Assembly: GCF_004010195.1 (NCBI RefSeq)
Contig: NW_025215380.1
Span: 172,428-207,583, forward strand
Origin: Chiloscyllium plagiosum
Taxonomy: Eukaryota
Length of the DNA stretch: 35,156 nt
Direction of reading: 5' to 3'
Shown: positions 13,705 to 24,310 of the stretch, piece after piece
How positions within the stretch are numbered: position 1 is the first letter of the stretch
Layout of the letters: every line of letters begins with the position of its first letter
The notes under the pieces: generated by a model
What the model saw: only the letters and a program-made list of their open reading frames with translations
Told to the model about the DNA's origin: nothing
Databases searched by the model: none
Made by a program: the position numbers and the translations under genes

Positions 13705-14699
13705 ACCAAAAGGTCCTTAACGGCGTGGAACCGCCTAAAGCGAGTCACTCGGTGTTTGTGGGTGGGTTTTCAACGATACAATTTAAGAATTGCGGATGCA
13801 CGAGATCAGAAGCCTCAGGTTTGGAGCATCCATTGGAGAAAGATTAGATTACATTACATTACAGTGTGGAAACAGGCCCTTCAGCCCAACAAGTCCACAC
13901 CGACCCGCCGAAGCGCAACCGTCCTGAGGCTTACTTATTTTTCCTAGCATCTTTATAAACCACTTCCTTTAATCTCAGACATAGAGTCGCAGAGTCATAG
14001 AGATGTACAGCGTGGAAACAGACCCTTTGGTCCCCGTGCCGCCCACTTTTTTTAAATTACACCTTCCTACACACTTTCAAATAACCAATCTGGCTTCTTT
14101 TCCTTTCAATCGGGATATCTCTATTTCCATTCATTTGTCTCTGCTCTGTCGACATCTCCAACTATGATTAGATTACATTACATTTTAGATTAGATTAAAT
14201 GGACCAGTGCCCTCAGAAAATTAGCTCTTTGTCCCCACAGATGCAGCCAGACATTGGCTTACAGTATTTATTTTTGCTTTATTATATAAACAAAGTTCCC
14301 TGCCCTAAATTTCGATCCACAATTTCGTTGGTCATTCTATACGGAATTTATTTGACGTGGATTTCCCGAAATAATGCACCCCGTGGTGCAGCAATCAAGA
14401 TCATGGCATCAGTTTATTTGGGGATTAATTGTTGCCTTTCACTTTCTTCATATAAACATGTCGTCCATCCTTTTGGTCACTTTTCCCTACTTCATCCTCC
14501 TTCCTATTTGCCCTGAATAATGGCGAGCAACTTCAGGCAATCTCAGAATTATTTTCCCCAGAGGGAGTCACTGAACGTACGCAAGGCTGAGTTAGCTGTT
14601 TGATGGAGAAAAGCGAGTATACTGCTCTAATTTCAATTTTACCACATTACTTGAGATGTAATTGAGAAGGTGCAAAGCGAATTTATTACAACATTTCTG

Positions 14700-15515
14700 T
14701 CCCGAGCCTGCCCTGGCATTTAATTAGATCATCAACTTCAATGTCTCTTTCCCACACATTCTCCAAATCCTCAACGCCGTCAGTGTCCAGAAATCTAATC
14801 TTTATTGTCTTCATCTAACTCAAGGATTCAGCTTCCACAGTCCTCTGGGGTAGAGAATTCCAAAGAATCACAACCCTCTGAGTTAACAAATTCTCAATCT
14901 TCTAAACCCTGGAAAATAAAGCTTCAATCTCTCCTAAAAAAAACACCCTCTATTGCAGAGATCAGTCTGGTGAGCATCAATTACACTCTGTGGAAGAGCA
15001 CAGCAGTTCAGGCAGCATCCGAGGAGCAGGAAAATCGACGTTTCGTGCAAAAGCCCTTCATCAATTACACTCTGTCTATGGCAAGTATATCTCTCCTCAG
15101 ATATGGGAACCCAAACTGTACTGTAGGCAATATTCCAGGTGAAGTCTCACCAAGGCTCTGTACAATTGCAGCAAGACATCTTTAATTCTAATCTCAAATC
15201 CCTTTTAAAATGAACGCAACATGCCATCTCTTTTCTTAACTGTTTGCCACATCTGCATACTTACTCATGGCATATTCCTAACCTTTCACCATTTAAAAAA
15301 TATTCGGCCTTTCAGATTTTTCTACCAAAGTAAATAATGTCACATTTATTTCTATTACATTTGCAATGTTCTAGCCCATTACCTTAGGCTGTCTAAATAC
15401 TTTTAAGACGTCCTGGTAACATGCTTTCCCAGCTAATTCAATGTCATCTGCAAAATTGGGAATATTAATATTAGTCCAAATATAGATTGTGAACAGTTGT
15501 AGCCAAGCAATGACT
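14700..15515 (-). mobile_element. Degenerate CR1 LINE fragment
   Basis: Antisense CR1 RT/C-terminal motifs (GTCATCTGCAAA = FADD; CCAAACTGTA..TATTCCAGGTGAAGTCTCACCAAGGCTC). Confidence 0.7.
14992..15058 (-). mobile_element. 67-nt Penelope-like hammerhead-bearing insertion with 17-bp TSD
   Basis: CATCAATTACACTCTGT at 14975-14991 and 15059-15075; minus strand reads TGATGAAGGGCTTTTGCACGAAACGTCG. Confidence 0.75.
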
Positions 15516-15516
15516 C

Positions 15517-16465
15517 ATGTGGTAACCCAGTTTTATCCTGAGGACTCCGATTTTATGCTGCAGAGACCATCATTATTTTACTTTCAGTTTTATTCTCTCT
15601 TTTTGGTTTGAAGCTGTGAGTTGAAACTATGAACTGAACTTTGAACAAGATCTTGTTTCTAACAAAAAATGTTTTCTTTTGACAAATGACCTGGAAGGAT
15701 AATACACTGTACGGGCAACTGTAGATGAATTGACACTGAACTGTTGCTATGCTCAGGGCTGGCAGCTGGTTGGATGTTGAATCTCAGTCAAGGGGGGACC
15801 AGTACTAACCAGCCAACTGCAGAGAATGTTGGTTGAAGCAAAGAACCATTCTGACTGGGCTTTTGCCAAGAACCAGTGAAATTTTTGTAGTCTGTGCTCT
15901 TTTATTTCTCTTTCCCTCTCTCTCTCCAGTTATCAAATTGTTGAATGTTCTGTGAAAATAATCCCACCTTGTAGGAAATAATTAAATATTTCTGGACATT
16001 TGCTGAAACCATTGGATTTGGAATGAAACAAGGTATACAATTCTACTTGCCTGTGAACAATCCAATATCCAAGGATTTCATGAAAGCCTGGTATCCATTT
16101 TTTGGAAGTGTTTATTGAACTAGCAAATTACAATTCTTTTATTTTCTGTCTGTTTATCCATTAACTATCTCTGGCTATCTGTCTCTACATGAATGGAGAT
16201 TATGAGCAAAGAAAATTGGGCTTTAAAATGTAGATATTAAATAAATTACCCTGTTGTCTATCTGTAATCTGCTAAAAGTACACAATTAATTATAAATTGT
16301 TATTTTTATCTTTAAATTATGGGCTTGGTGTCCAAGATTTGATATTTATAAGGTTCGGTTAGGAACAAGGTCAAATTTAGGGATCACTGAATGTTTCATT
16401 TCACTGTGTTGTGAATCCAGTGATGGTGAAGCTGATTTGCTTTGGTATGCTATCCCTGAGCCAAA
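15517..16465. mobile_element. Possible solo LTR or uncharacterised AT-rich insertion
   Basis: About 950-bp non-coding block between two antisense CR1 segments; TG near the left end and AATAAA at about 16239. Termini and TSD not established. Confidence 0.3.
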
Positions 16466-16469
16466 AGCC

Positions 16470-17350
16470 TTTCCATTCCAGAGATTTATCAAGCTTCAAT
16501 CCAGTTAGCTTTTCAAATACAGTCTTAATAATACAGGTTTCACTAGTTCCCTTGGTGACCTGAGTACATCCAGGAGACATTTTGAAATTTCTTCAATGAA
16601 TACAGGCACAAAATATCACAATTTCCTTGTTCTTCATGGTAAATTATCTTATCTTCACCTGTAATGGCCATACATTTGTCTCAGTTAACTTTTTCTTTTT
16701 CATATACCGAAAGAAACTTTTTAAAGACCACTGTTAAGTTTCTCACTAGCGTGTTTCTGTTCTTTATCATTTTCTTGGTCTTCCTTTACCTGGTTCAAAA
16801 TTGCTCTCCGTCCTGAGGCTTACTTATTTTTCCTAGCATCTTTATAAACCACTTCCTTTAATCTCAGACATAGAGTCGCAGAGTCATAGAGATGTACAGC
16901 GTGGAAACAGACCCTTTGGTCCAATTTGTCCATGCTGAACCAGATATCCCAATCCAATCTAGTCCCATTTGCCAGCTCCCGGCCCATATCCCTCTAAACC
17001 CTTTGTATTCATCTACCGATCTAGGTGCCTTTTAAATGTTGCAATTGTATCAGCCTCATTAGCTATGGTTGATTTAGATATTTGTGTGTTTGAAGAATGC
17101 ATATCTGTTATAAACGATGTATCTTTTCAAATGCTAGCTACTGCCTGTCTACGGGCATAGCTTTTGGTGATTTGCCCAATCCACCATAGCCAATTTGCCA
17201 CTCATACCCTCTTAGTTTCCTTTACTAAAATTTCAAACTCTACTTTCAGGATGAACTACACCACAGTCAGATCTCAAAGGGTCCATTGTAGCAATGGTAC
17301 TAATTAGACTTTCTCATTGCATAGTACTAAATCTAAAGTAGCCCAATCTC
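16470..17350 (-). mobile_element. Old CR1 ORF2 fragment containing a younger CR1 3' tail (about 16868-17057)
   Basis: Antisense ORF2-like sequence (CAATCCACCATAGCC) interrupted by the AGAGTCATAGAGATGTACAGC tail. Confidence 0.6.
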
Positions 17351-18588
17351 TAATTGATTGTGTTATGTTGAAGTTCAACTGAGGAGTTGTGGATGCTGTT
17401 AGTTGCACATTTGTCAGTGAACATTCCCACTTTTGAACTTATGATGGAGGGAAGAGCATTGATGAAGCAGCTGGAAATGGCTTGGCCTGGAATATTTCAC
17501 TGAAGAACTGGGCCCTTGTAATGCAGTGGCAGTGTCCGTACCTCTTGACCAGGAGACTCAGATTCAAGTCCCATCTCCTCTAGATGTATGTTATAACATT
17601 CCTGAACTGATCACGTAGAAAATGTTTACCTTGAAGAACTCCGTACAGACATGTCCTGGAATTCAGACGCCAGACCACCAACAACCGTACCATTTTCCCT
17701 TTGTGCCAGATATGGTTCTAATGAGTGGAATGTTTGCTTTTTGATTCCCATTGATCCCAGTTTTGCCAGGCTCCTTAATGTCATACTTAATCAAATGTGA
17801 CCATGATATCAAGTGCATTCACTCTCACCTCACCCTTAGTTTCATTTTAGATTCATTGAGAGTGGTGTCTGGAGATTTATGGCGTTTACATGCACTTAAA
17901 TAAAGTCCTTGAAATCAGTGAGGTGAATAGTTCCATGCAGTAGAAAAATAGCATAGATAAGAAAATAGATGTTCAATGACACTGCAAATGGGGACTGATT
18001 TGCTTCAAAAAGCAACAGGCAGGTTCATTCAGGGAGAAAGTGTTGATAACAACTATGTGCAATTAATTTAACTTTCTCAACAGCCAAGGTGGAAGAAGTC
18101 CTAAGTAGACAATAAGTTGGAAATAAAAATGTATGAGATGCAAAGGCTTTTAAGGTGTCAGAGGAAGATATTCAAGAAGGCTGTGAAATGTGTGTTGAAG
18201 GAGCAAGTGCTAAGGAGTTAGCAACTCAGCTATCAATCATGGGAAGAGGCGTTTTCTAAACAAATAATGAGTAAACATTAAAGTTGGCTGCAAATGTAAT
18301 AGTCACACTAACTGCAAGGCGCTTTAAACTGTCCTTCACAGAGCTCTGAATATCTGTAAGGCTGTTGTTGAGGGAACAAGGGTTGAATATTTATTTCTGA
18401 TATTTATAATGAGACCATTTCAACCATTTCCAGCATAGTGTAATGTAGGTTCTTTTGCATAAGAAACATTTAAAGTTCTTCTGTTAAAAATACATTGACA
18501 GCCTCTTGTGAATATTCTCTACCTGGCTTCCAGTCTGCGTTCAGCCTCTTGCTAGCTTTCTGTGAAATTCCACATTGACAGGAGGGAT

Positions 18589-18630
18589 CACAGAAACACA
18601 CACACACACTCACACAAACATACACACACT
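18589..18630. repeat. Imperfect (CA)n microsatellite
   Basis: CACAGAAACACACACACACACTCACACAAACATACACACACT. Confidence 0.85.
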
Positions 18631-18829
18631 CTTTTGACTGTGAGAGCACAGCCTTTCAAACAAATGTCAGACCATAAACAAACAAGACTAAAGGGTTTTT
18701 TTGACAGGAAAGAGCAGGACCAAGGAAGGAGCATGTAGAAGGAGCTGGGTAGAATTGACTGGGAAAGGAGTCTAGTAGGAAAGACAATGGAACAGCAATG
18801 GCAGGGAGTTTCTGGGAATAATTCGGGAC

Positions 18830-20900
18830 ACATAGCAGAGGAAAAACAAGTATGGTATAGGGAGGATGAGACAACCATGGCTGACTAGAGAAGTCAAGGA
18901 TAGTATAAAAGCAAAAGAGAAAGTATTTAACATGGGGAGGTACAGTGGGAAACCAGAGGAGTGGGAAGCTTACAAAGATCAAAAGAGGACAACAAAAAAA
19001 AGGACAGAGAAGATTAAACATGAGGTAAACTAGCCAGTAATATAAAGGAAGACTGTAAGAGTTTGTTTAGATCTATCAAGGGCAAAAGAGAGGCAAAAGT
19101 GGACTTTGGATCACTGGAAAACACACTGGAGAGATAGTAGTGGGGAACATGGAAATGTCTGAGGAACTGAATAATTATCTCGTATCAGTCTTCATGGTGG
19201 AAGACACCAGTAATATCTCAAACATTCAAGAGAGTGAGAAGGCGGAGCTGAGTATAGTGGTATTAGAAACCCTGAGTGGTGTGAAAGTGGATAAATAACC
19301 TGGATCAGATGGACTACACCCCAAGATTGTAAGAGAGATAGCTGAAGCGATAGTGGAGGCGTGAGTGGTGATCTTTCAGAAATCGCTAGAATCAGGGAGG
19401 GGGTCCCAGAGGACTGGAAATTGCTAATGTGACACCCCGTTTAAAAAGGGATTAAGGTAAAAAATTACAGACCACAAGCAGGTTAGACCAAGGAGAGCCA
19501 ATCAATGTTATCTACCTGGACTTCAAGACGGCCTTTCACAAGGTGCCACACAGGAGGCTACTGAATAAGGTAAAGGCCCATGGTTTCAGAGGCAAGGTGC
19601 TAGCATGGAGAGAAGCTTCGCTGTCTGGCAGAAAGCAGAGAGTGGGGATAAAAGGGTCCTTCTCAGGATGACAGCCAGTGACAAGCAGTGTTCCACAAGG
19701 TTCAGTTTGGAACCACAACTTTTCACTTTATACATTAACGAGCTAGATGAGGGCATTCTGAGAAAGTTTGCAGATGGTACAAAGACAGGTAGAGGGACAG
19801 GAAGCATCGTGGAGGCAGGGAGGGTGCAGAAGGATTTGGACAGGTTAGGAGAGTGGGCAAAGAAATGGCAGACGGAGTACAACATGGGAAAGTGTGAGGT
19901 CATGCACTTTGTTAAGAACAACAGAGACATGGTCTATTTTCTAAATGTGCAGAACATTCAGAAGTCTGAAGTACAGAGACTTGGGAGTTCTACTGTAGGA
20001 TTCTCTCAAAGTAAACTTGCAGTTTGAGTCAGTAGTTAGGAAGGCAAATGCAATGTTGCTATTTATTTTGAGAGGACTTGAATATAGAAACAGGGGTGTA
20101 TTGAAGCTCTACAAGAACCTGGTCAGACCACATTATGCACAGTTTTGGGTCTCATATCTCAGGAAGAATGTACTGGCCCTAGAGCATGTACAGAGGAGGT
20201 TCACAGAAGCTTAACATATGAGGAATGTCTGAGGAGTTTAGAAGGGATGTTCGAATTGAAACATACAGAATACTGAATGGTTTGGACAGTGTGGATGTTG
20301 GGAAGAAGTTTCCATTAATAGGAGGGTCTAGGACCCAAGGACACAGCCTCACAGTAAAGGGAAGACCCTTTTAGAAAGGAGATAAGTAGAATCTTCTTCA
20401 ATCAGAGAGTGGGGAATCTACAGAATTCATTGCCACAGAAGGCTGTGGAGGCCAGGTCATTGAGTATACTTAAGATGGAGGTAGATAGGTTCTTGGGTAT
20501 CAAGGGTTACAGGGAGAAAGTGTGTGAATGGGATTGAGAAACTTTTCAGCTATTCCAGGCGGCACACTGGTTAGCACTGCTGCCTCACAGCACCAGTTCT
20601 CAGGTCCAATTCCATCCTTGGGCAGCTGTCTGTGTGAAGTTTGCACATTCTTCCCATGTCTGCGTGGGTTTCCTCTAGATGCTCTGGTTTCTTCCCACAG
20701 TACAAAGATGTGCAGGTCAGGTGAATTGGCCATGTTAAATTGCCCATAGTGTTAGGTGAGTTAGTCGGAGGGAAAGTGGGTCTGGGTTATTCTTCAGGAG
20801 GTTGATGTGGACTGGTTGGGCCAAAGGGTCTGCTTCCACACTGTAGGAAAACTAATCAATGATTGAATGGCCTAATTTCTGCTCCCATGTCTTATCGTTG
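18830..20900 (+). mobile_element. Degenerate CR1 LINE ORF2 + 3' UTR
   Basis: PWLTREVK, YLDF..AFHKVPH, KFADGTK, KCEVMHF, LYKNLVRPH motifs; 3' tail split by a SINE. Confidence 0.85.
20558..20858 (+). mobile_element. HE1/V-SINE-like tRNA-derived SINE inserted in the CR1 3' UTR
   Basis: tRNA-like head TGGTTAGCACTGCTGCCTCACAGC, central GTTTGCACATTCTTCCC..GTGGGTTTCCTC domain, LINE-like tail. Confidence 0.88.
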
Positions 20901-21128
20901 CCACTTCAGTCCCCATCTCCTCTTCCTTCCCCCAGGAAATTTCTTCCAAGGTAACCTCTATCCACGGCAGACCTGCCCTTTCGTTACTTGGTTAAGATAA
21001 AGATCGAAACAAATGCGTTAAGAAATGCTCAGCGAGAGCTGTCTAGGCTTTAGAGCTGAACCTTCCAGTCCCTGACCATTCAGGTGTCCAGCATCTACAA
21101 TACTTCCCCTGAATGTTTCAAAATTTTG

Positions 21129-21299
21129 AAAAATGTGATGCTGGAAAAACACAGCAGGCCAGGCGGCTCATTCCTGAAGAAGGGCTTATGCCCGAAACGT
21201 CGATTCTCCTGCTCCTTGGATGCTGCCTGACCTGCTGTGTTTTTCCAGCATCACATTTTTCAACTCTAGTCTCCAGCATCTGCAGTCCTCACTTTCTCC
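21129..21299 (+). mobile_element. Mini Penelope-like insertion: inverted terminal segment + hammerhead + tail, 16-bp TSD
   Basis: 42-nt inverted arms 21126-21167 and 21222-21263; TSD ATGTTTC(A/T)AAATTTTG at 21113-21128 and 21300-21315. Confidence 0.8.
21171..21204 (+). ncRNA. Minimal type I hammerhead ribozyme motif
   Basis: CUGAAGA (21174-21180), extra A, stem II GGGC-UUAU-GCCC, GAAAC, GUC triplet (21199-21201); helix III is only the palindrome ACGU. Confidence 0.75.
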
Positions 21300-21405
21300 A
21301 TGTTTCTAAATTTTGTCAATTCTGATACTATTCATTGTTTTTCTCTCTCTACAAAATTAAAAATCACACAACACCAGGTTACAGTCCAACAGGGTTGTTT
21401 GGAAG

Positions 21406-21440
21406 CAGAAGCTTTCGGAGCGCTGCTCCTTCATCAGGTG
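21406..21440 (-). ncRNA. Minimal hammerhead ribozyme motif (second sequence type)
   Basis: Minus strand CAC-CUGAUGA-A-GGAGC-AGC-GCUCC-GAAAGCUU; palindromic AAGCUU helix III; helix I mismatched. Confidence 0.7.
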
Positions 21441-21576
21441 GTTGTGGAGTAGAAGTTCGTCACTGAATTTATAGCAAAAGTCTAATGTGATGTAACTGAC
21501 ATTACATATTGAAAAAGACCTGGATTGTCTGGTAAGTCTCTCATCTTTTAGAATGGGCGTGTTGGTTTCAGCTATA

Positions 21577-22235
21577 GCGTCATAGAGATGTACAGCATGG
21601 AAACAGACCCTTCGGTCCAACCCGTCCATGCTGACCAGATATCCCAACCCAATCTAGTCCCACCTGCCAGCACCCGGCCCATATCCCTCCAAACCCTTCC
21701 TATTCATATACCCATCCAAATGCCTTTTAAATGTTGTAATTGTACCACACTCCACCACATCTTCTGGCAGCTCATTCCTCTGCGTGAAAAAGTTGGCCCT
21801 TAGGTCTCTTTTATATATTTCCCCTCTCACCCTAAACCTATGCCCCTCTAGTTCTGGATTCCCTGACCCCAGGGAAAAGACTTTGTCTATTTACTCTATC
21901 CATGCCCCTCATAATTTTGTAAACCTCTATAAGGTCACCCCTCAGCCTCCGACGCTCCAGGGAAAACAGCCCCAGCCTGTTCAGCCTCTCCCTATGGCTC
22001 AAACCCTCCAACCCTGGCAACATCCTTGTAAATCTTTCACACCATCTTTCCGAGAGGAAGGAGACCAGAATTGCACACAATATCCCAGAAGTTGCTTCAT
22101 ACGCAAATCGCAGAAGTCCCTACTAGATCCTCCAACCCTGGCAACATCCTTGTAAATTTTTTCTGAACCCTTTCAAGTTTCACAACATCTTTCCGATAGG
22201 AAGGAGACCAGAATCGCACACAATATTCCAAAAGT
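21577..22235 (-). mobile_element. CR1 LINE 3' fragment with a junction duplication
   Basis: RFTRMLPGLEGLSHRERLNRLGLFSLERRRLRGDLIEVYKIM on the minus strand. Confidence 0.9.
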
Positions 22236-22399
22236 TGCTTCATACACAAATCGCAGAAGTCCCTACTAATTTACATTCTCAGGTGAACTTTAACAATCGG
22301 TGCCACGTCGGCCCGTGTTTTCTCTCTCTACAGGTTGCCTCCTGCATTTTCATTTCTTATCGCCCGGTTGTAGCTTTTCTTTTATGACCATGTTTGGGT

Positions 22400-22415
22400 G
22401 GCTCTGAAAAGAGCC
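22400..22415 (-). terminator. Histone 3' stem-loop (H1-like gene A)
   Basis: Minus strand GGCTCTTTTCAGAGCC-ACCCA, then purine-rich AAAAGAAAAGCT (HDE-like). Confidence 0.95.
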
Positions 22416-22456
22416 TTTTTTTTTGGGTGTTGAGCCGTCTCCGCTCCTTTGCGCTT

Positions 22457-23011
22457 CTACCTCCGCTTCTTCCCCGCCGCCCGCTTGCCCCCCGCCGCCC
22501 GTTTGGGGGCTTTTCTGGGCTTGGCCGCCGTCCTCTTCCGAGGGCTCTTGGCCGCCGCTTTCTTGGTGCATTTAGCCGCCGCCGCCGCTCTCTTGGGAGC
22601 CGCTTTCTTTTTGGTTGCTCTTCCCTTGGGGCGGAGCTGAGCTTCTCCTTCCTCCGCCTCCTGCTGCTTCTGTTCCGGCTGCATGGTGGCCGAGGTACCG
22701 GCCCCGGTGTCCGCCGCCGAACCCCCCTTGCCCGGGCCACCCTTCTCCATCGGTTCGTAGCCCGCGGCCGAGATAGTTTTCTTCAGGGCACCGCCGAGCT
22801 TGGCCGCCGCCTGCCGCTCCTTGACAGCGGCCACCGCCTCCAGGATCTGCTCGGCCGCCGCCGCGGTGGTAGCGCCGCCGCCGCCGCCTTTCTGCAGCCG
22901 GTGGGCGGCCTTCTTCTTAGCGGCGGCCGGGACTGCAGCAGACTCCGGGACAGCTGCCGCCGCAGCCGCCGCCCCGGGTACGTCTCCTCTAACGGGCACC
23001 GCCTCTGCCAT
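22457..23011 (-). CDS. Divergent histone H1-like protein A, 184 aa, partially deleted globular domain
   Basis: AEQILEAVAAVKER..ALKKTISAAGY matches H1 helices 1-2; K/A/P tail with SPRK; stem-loop 41 nt after the stop; ATG at 23011; CpG island. Confidence 0.8.
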   Translation of the reverse strand: MAEAVPVRGDVPGAAAAAAAVPESAAVPAAAKKKAAHRLQKGGGGGATTAAAAEQILEAVAAVKERQAAAKLGGALKKTISAAGYEPMEKGGPGKGGSAADTGAGTSATMQPEQKQQEAEEGEAQLRPKGRATKKKAAPKRAAAAAKCTKKAAAKSPRKRTAAKPRKAPKRAAGGKRAAGKKRR

Positions 23012-23039
23012 CGGACACAACTCCGCGCCCGTCGCACGC

Positions 23040-23210
23040 CAACAACTGGCGGAGCCAATGGCACCGCCGCTCCGTATAAAGAGAGGGAGCGGACGGCGTG
23101 GAGACAATCTGCTGGTAGGCCACGCCCCCCCCGCTGAGCCACGGACGCCCCACCCACTGCAGCTAGGCCACGCCCATGCACCGCGCCTGCACTATGCCAC
23201 GCCCACCCAC
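23040..23210 (-). promoter_or_regulatory. H1-like A promoter: TATA-like, CCAAT, repeated GCCACGCCC (KLF/Sp-type)
   Basis: + strand TATAAA 23075-23080 and CCAAT 23055-23059; GCCACGCCC at 23119, 23167, 23196. Confidence 0.65.
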
Positions 23211-23403
23211 CTCCTCTCCTGCGATAGAGACTCACCAGCCCTATATCTTTCTGATATCTCTACCTCAGAGAGGCAGGCCATCAGCAGCTTCTCTGTATCT
23301 GCCCCTTGTCTGCCTGTCATGTTTGTTTTTCAAATGTCTGACTCTTGATCTATCTGTCCCTTGACCGTCTATTAACTGTCTGTCTGTCTACCTTTGTGTG
23401 CAG

Positions 23404-23557
23404 AATCATAGAACCTCTGCAGTATGGAAGCAGGCCACTCAGCCCATCGGGTCCACACCAACCCTCTGAAGAACATCCAACCCAGAGTCCCCACCCCACT
23501 CTGTCCCTGTAACTCTGCACTTCCCATGGCTAACCCACACCCCCCCACCCTGCACAT
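23404..23557 (-). mobile_element. SINE 3' half
   Basis: Minus strand GATGTGCAGG..TTAGCCATGGGAAGTGC..GGTGTGGACCCGATGGGCTGAGTGGCCTGCTTCCATACTG..TTCTATGATTC. Confidence 0.7.
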
Positions 23558-23716
23558 CGTTGGACTGTTCCTTCCTCTTGCTCTGGAAGGATTCTCGTTT
23601 TTCTGGGAAGATTCTTGTCGTTCTGAAAGGCTCTCCTTGTTCTGGAAAGCTCTCCTTATTGTCGAAGGCTCATGTCGTTTCGTTTTATCAATCTGTCTGT
23701 TCTTTGTTGTTGATTC

Positions 23717-23991
23717 GGGCGGCACGGTGGCACAGTGGTTAGCACTGCTGCCTCACAGCACCAGCGACCTGGATTCAATTCCCGCCTCAGGCGACTGACT
23801 GTGTGGAGTTGCACGTTCTCCCTGTGTCTGTGTGGGTTTCCTTCCAAAGATGTGCAGGTCAGGTGAATTAGCTATGCTAAATTGCCCATAGTATTGGGTA
23901 AATGTAGGGGTATGGGTGGGTTGTGCTTCAGCAGGTCGGTGTGGACTTGTTGGCCCGAAGGGCTTGTTTCCACACTGTAAAGTAATCTAAT
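23717..23991 (+). mobile_element. HE1/V-SINE-like tRNA-derived SINE, near full length
   Basis: GGGCGGCACGGTGGCACAGTGGTTAGCACTGCTGCCTCACAGC head with A box and GGATTCAATTCC B-box-like site; central V-like domain; tail GTAATCTAAT. Confidence 0.9.
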
Positions 23992-24310
23992 TGTCTCTGT
24001 CTATTATCCATCTGTCTCTTAACTGTTGCTTGTGAGTCTATTGTCTGTTTCTTGTAAATATATTGACTATCTGTCTATTGTCTGTTCGTTTTCTGTATAT
24101 CCATTGTTGGTTTCTTGAATATCTGTCAATTGTTTCTTTCTTGTATGTCTGTCTATCATTTGTTTCTTGTATATCTGTGTAATGTTTGTTTCTTGTTTAT
24201 TTGTCAATTGTCTGTTCTTTTTTTCCCTATATCTGTCTGTTACTGTTTGTATCTTGTATATCTGTCTATTATTTATTGGTTCCTCCTGTTTATTATCTGC
24301 CTGTCTTCTT
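23992..24310. repeat. Degenerate (TCTG/TCTA/TTG)-rich low-complexity tract
   Basis: Recurrent ATCTGTCT and TGTTTCTTGT units; a similar tract lies at about 23240-23400. Confidence 0.75.

Noticed and set aside
23717..23790. tRNA-like sequence with A/B boxes (also about 20558 and 17510)
   Set aside because: SINE heads; the first two are followed by SINE body and LINE-like tail, and none gives a convincing full cloverleaf.
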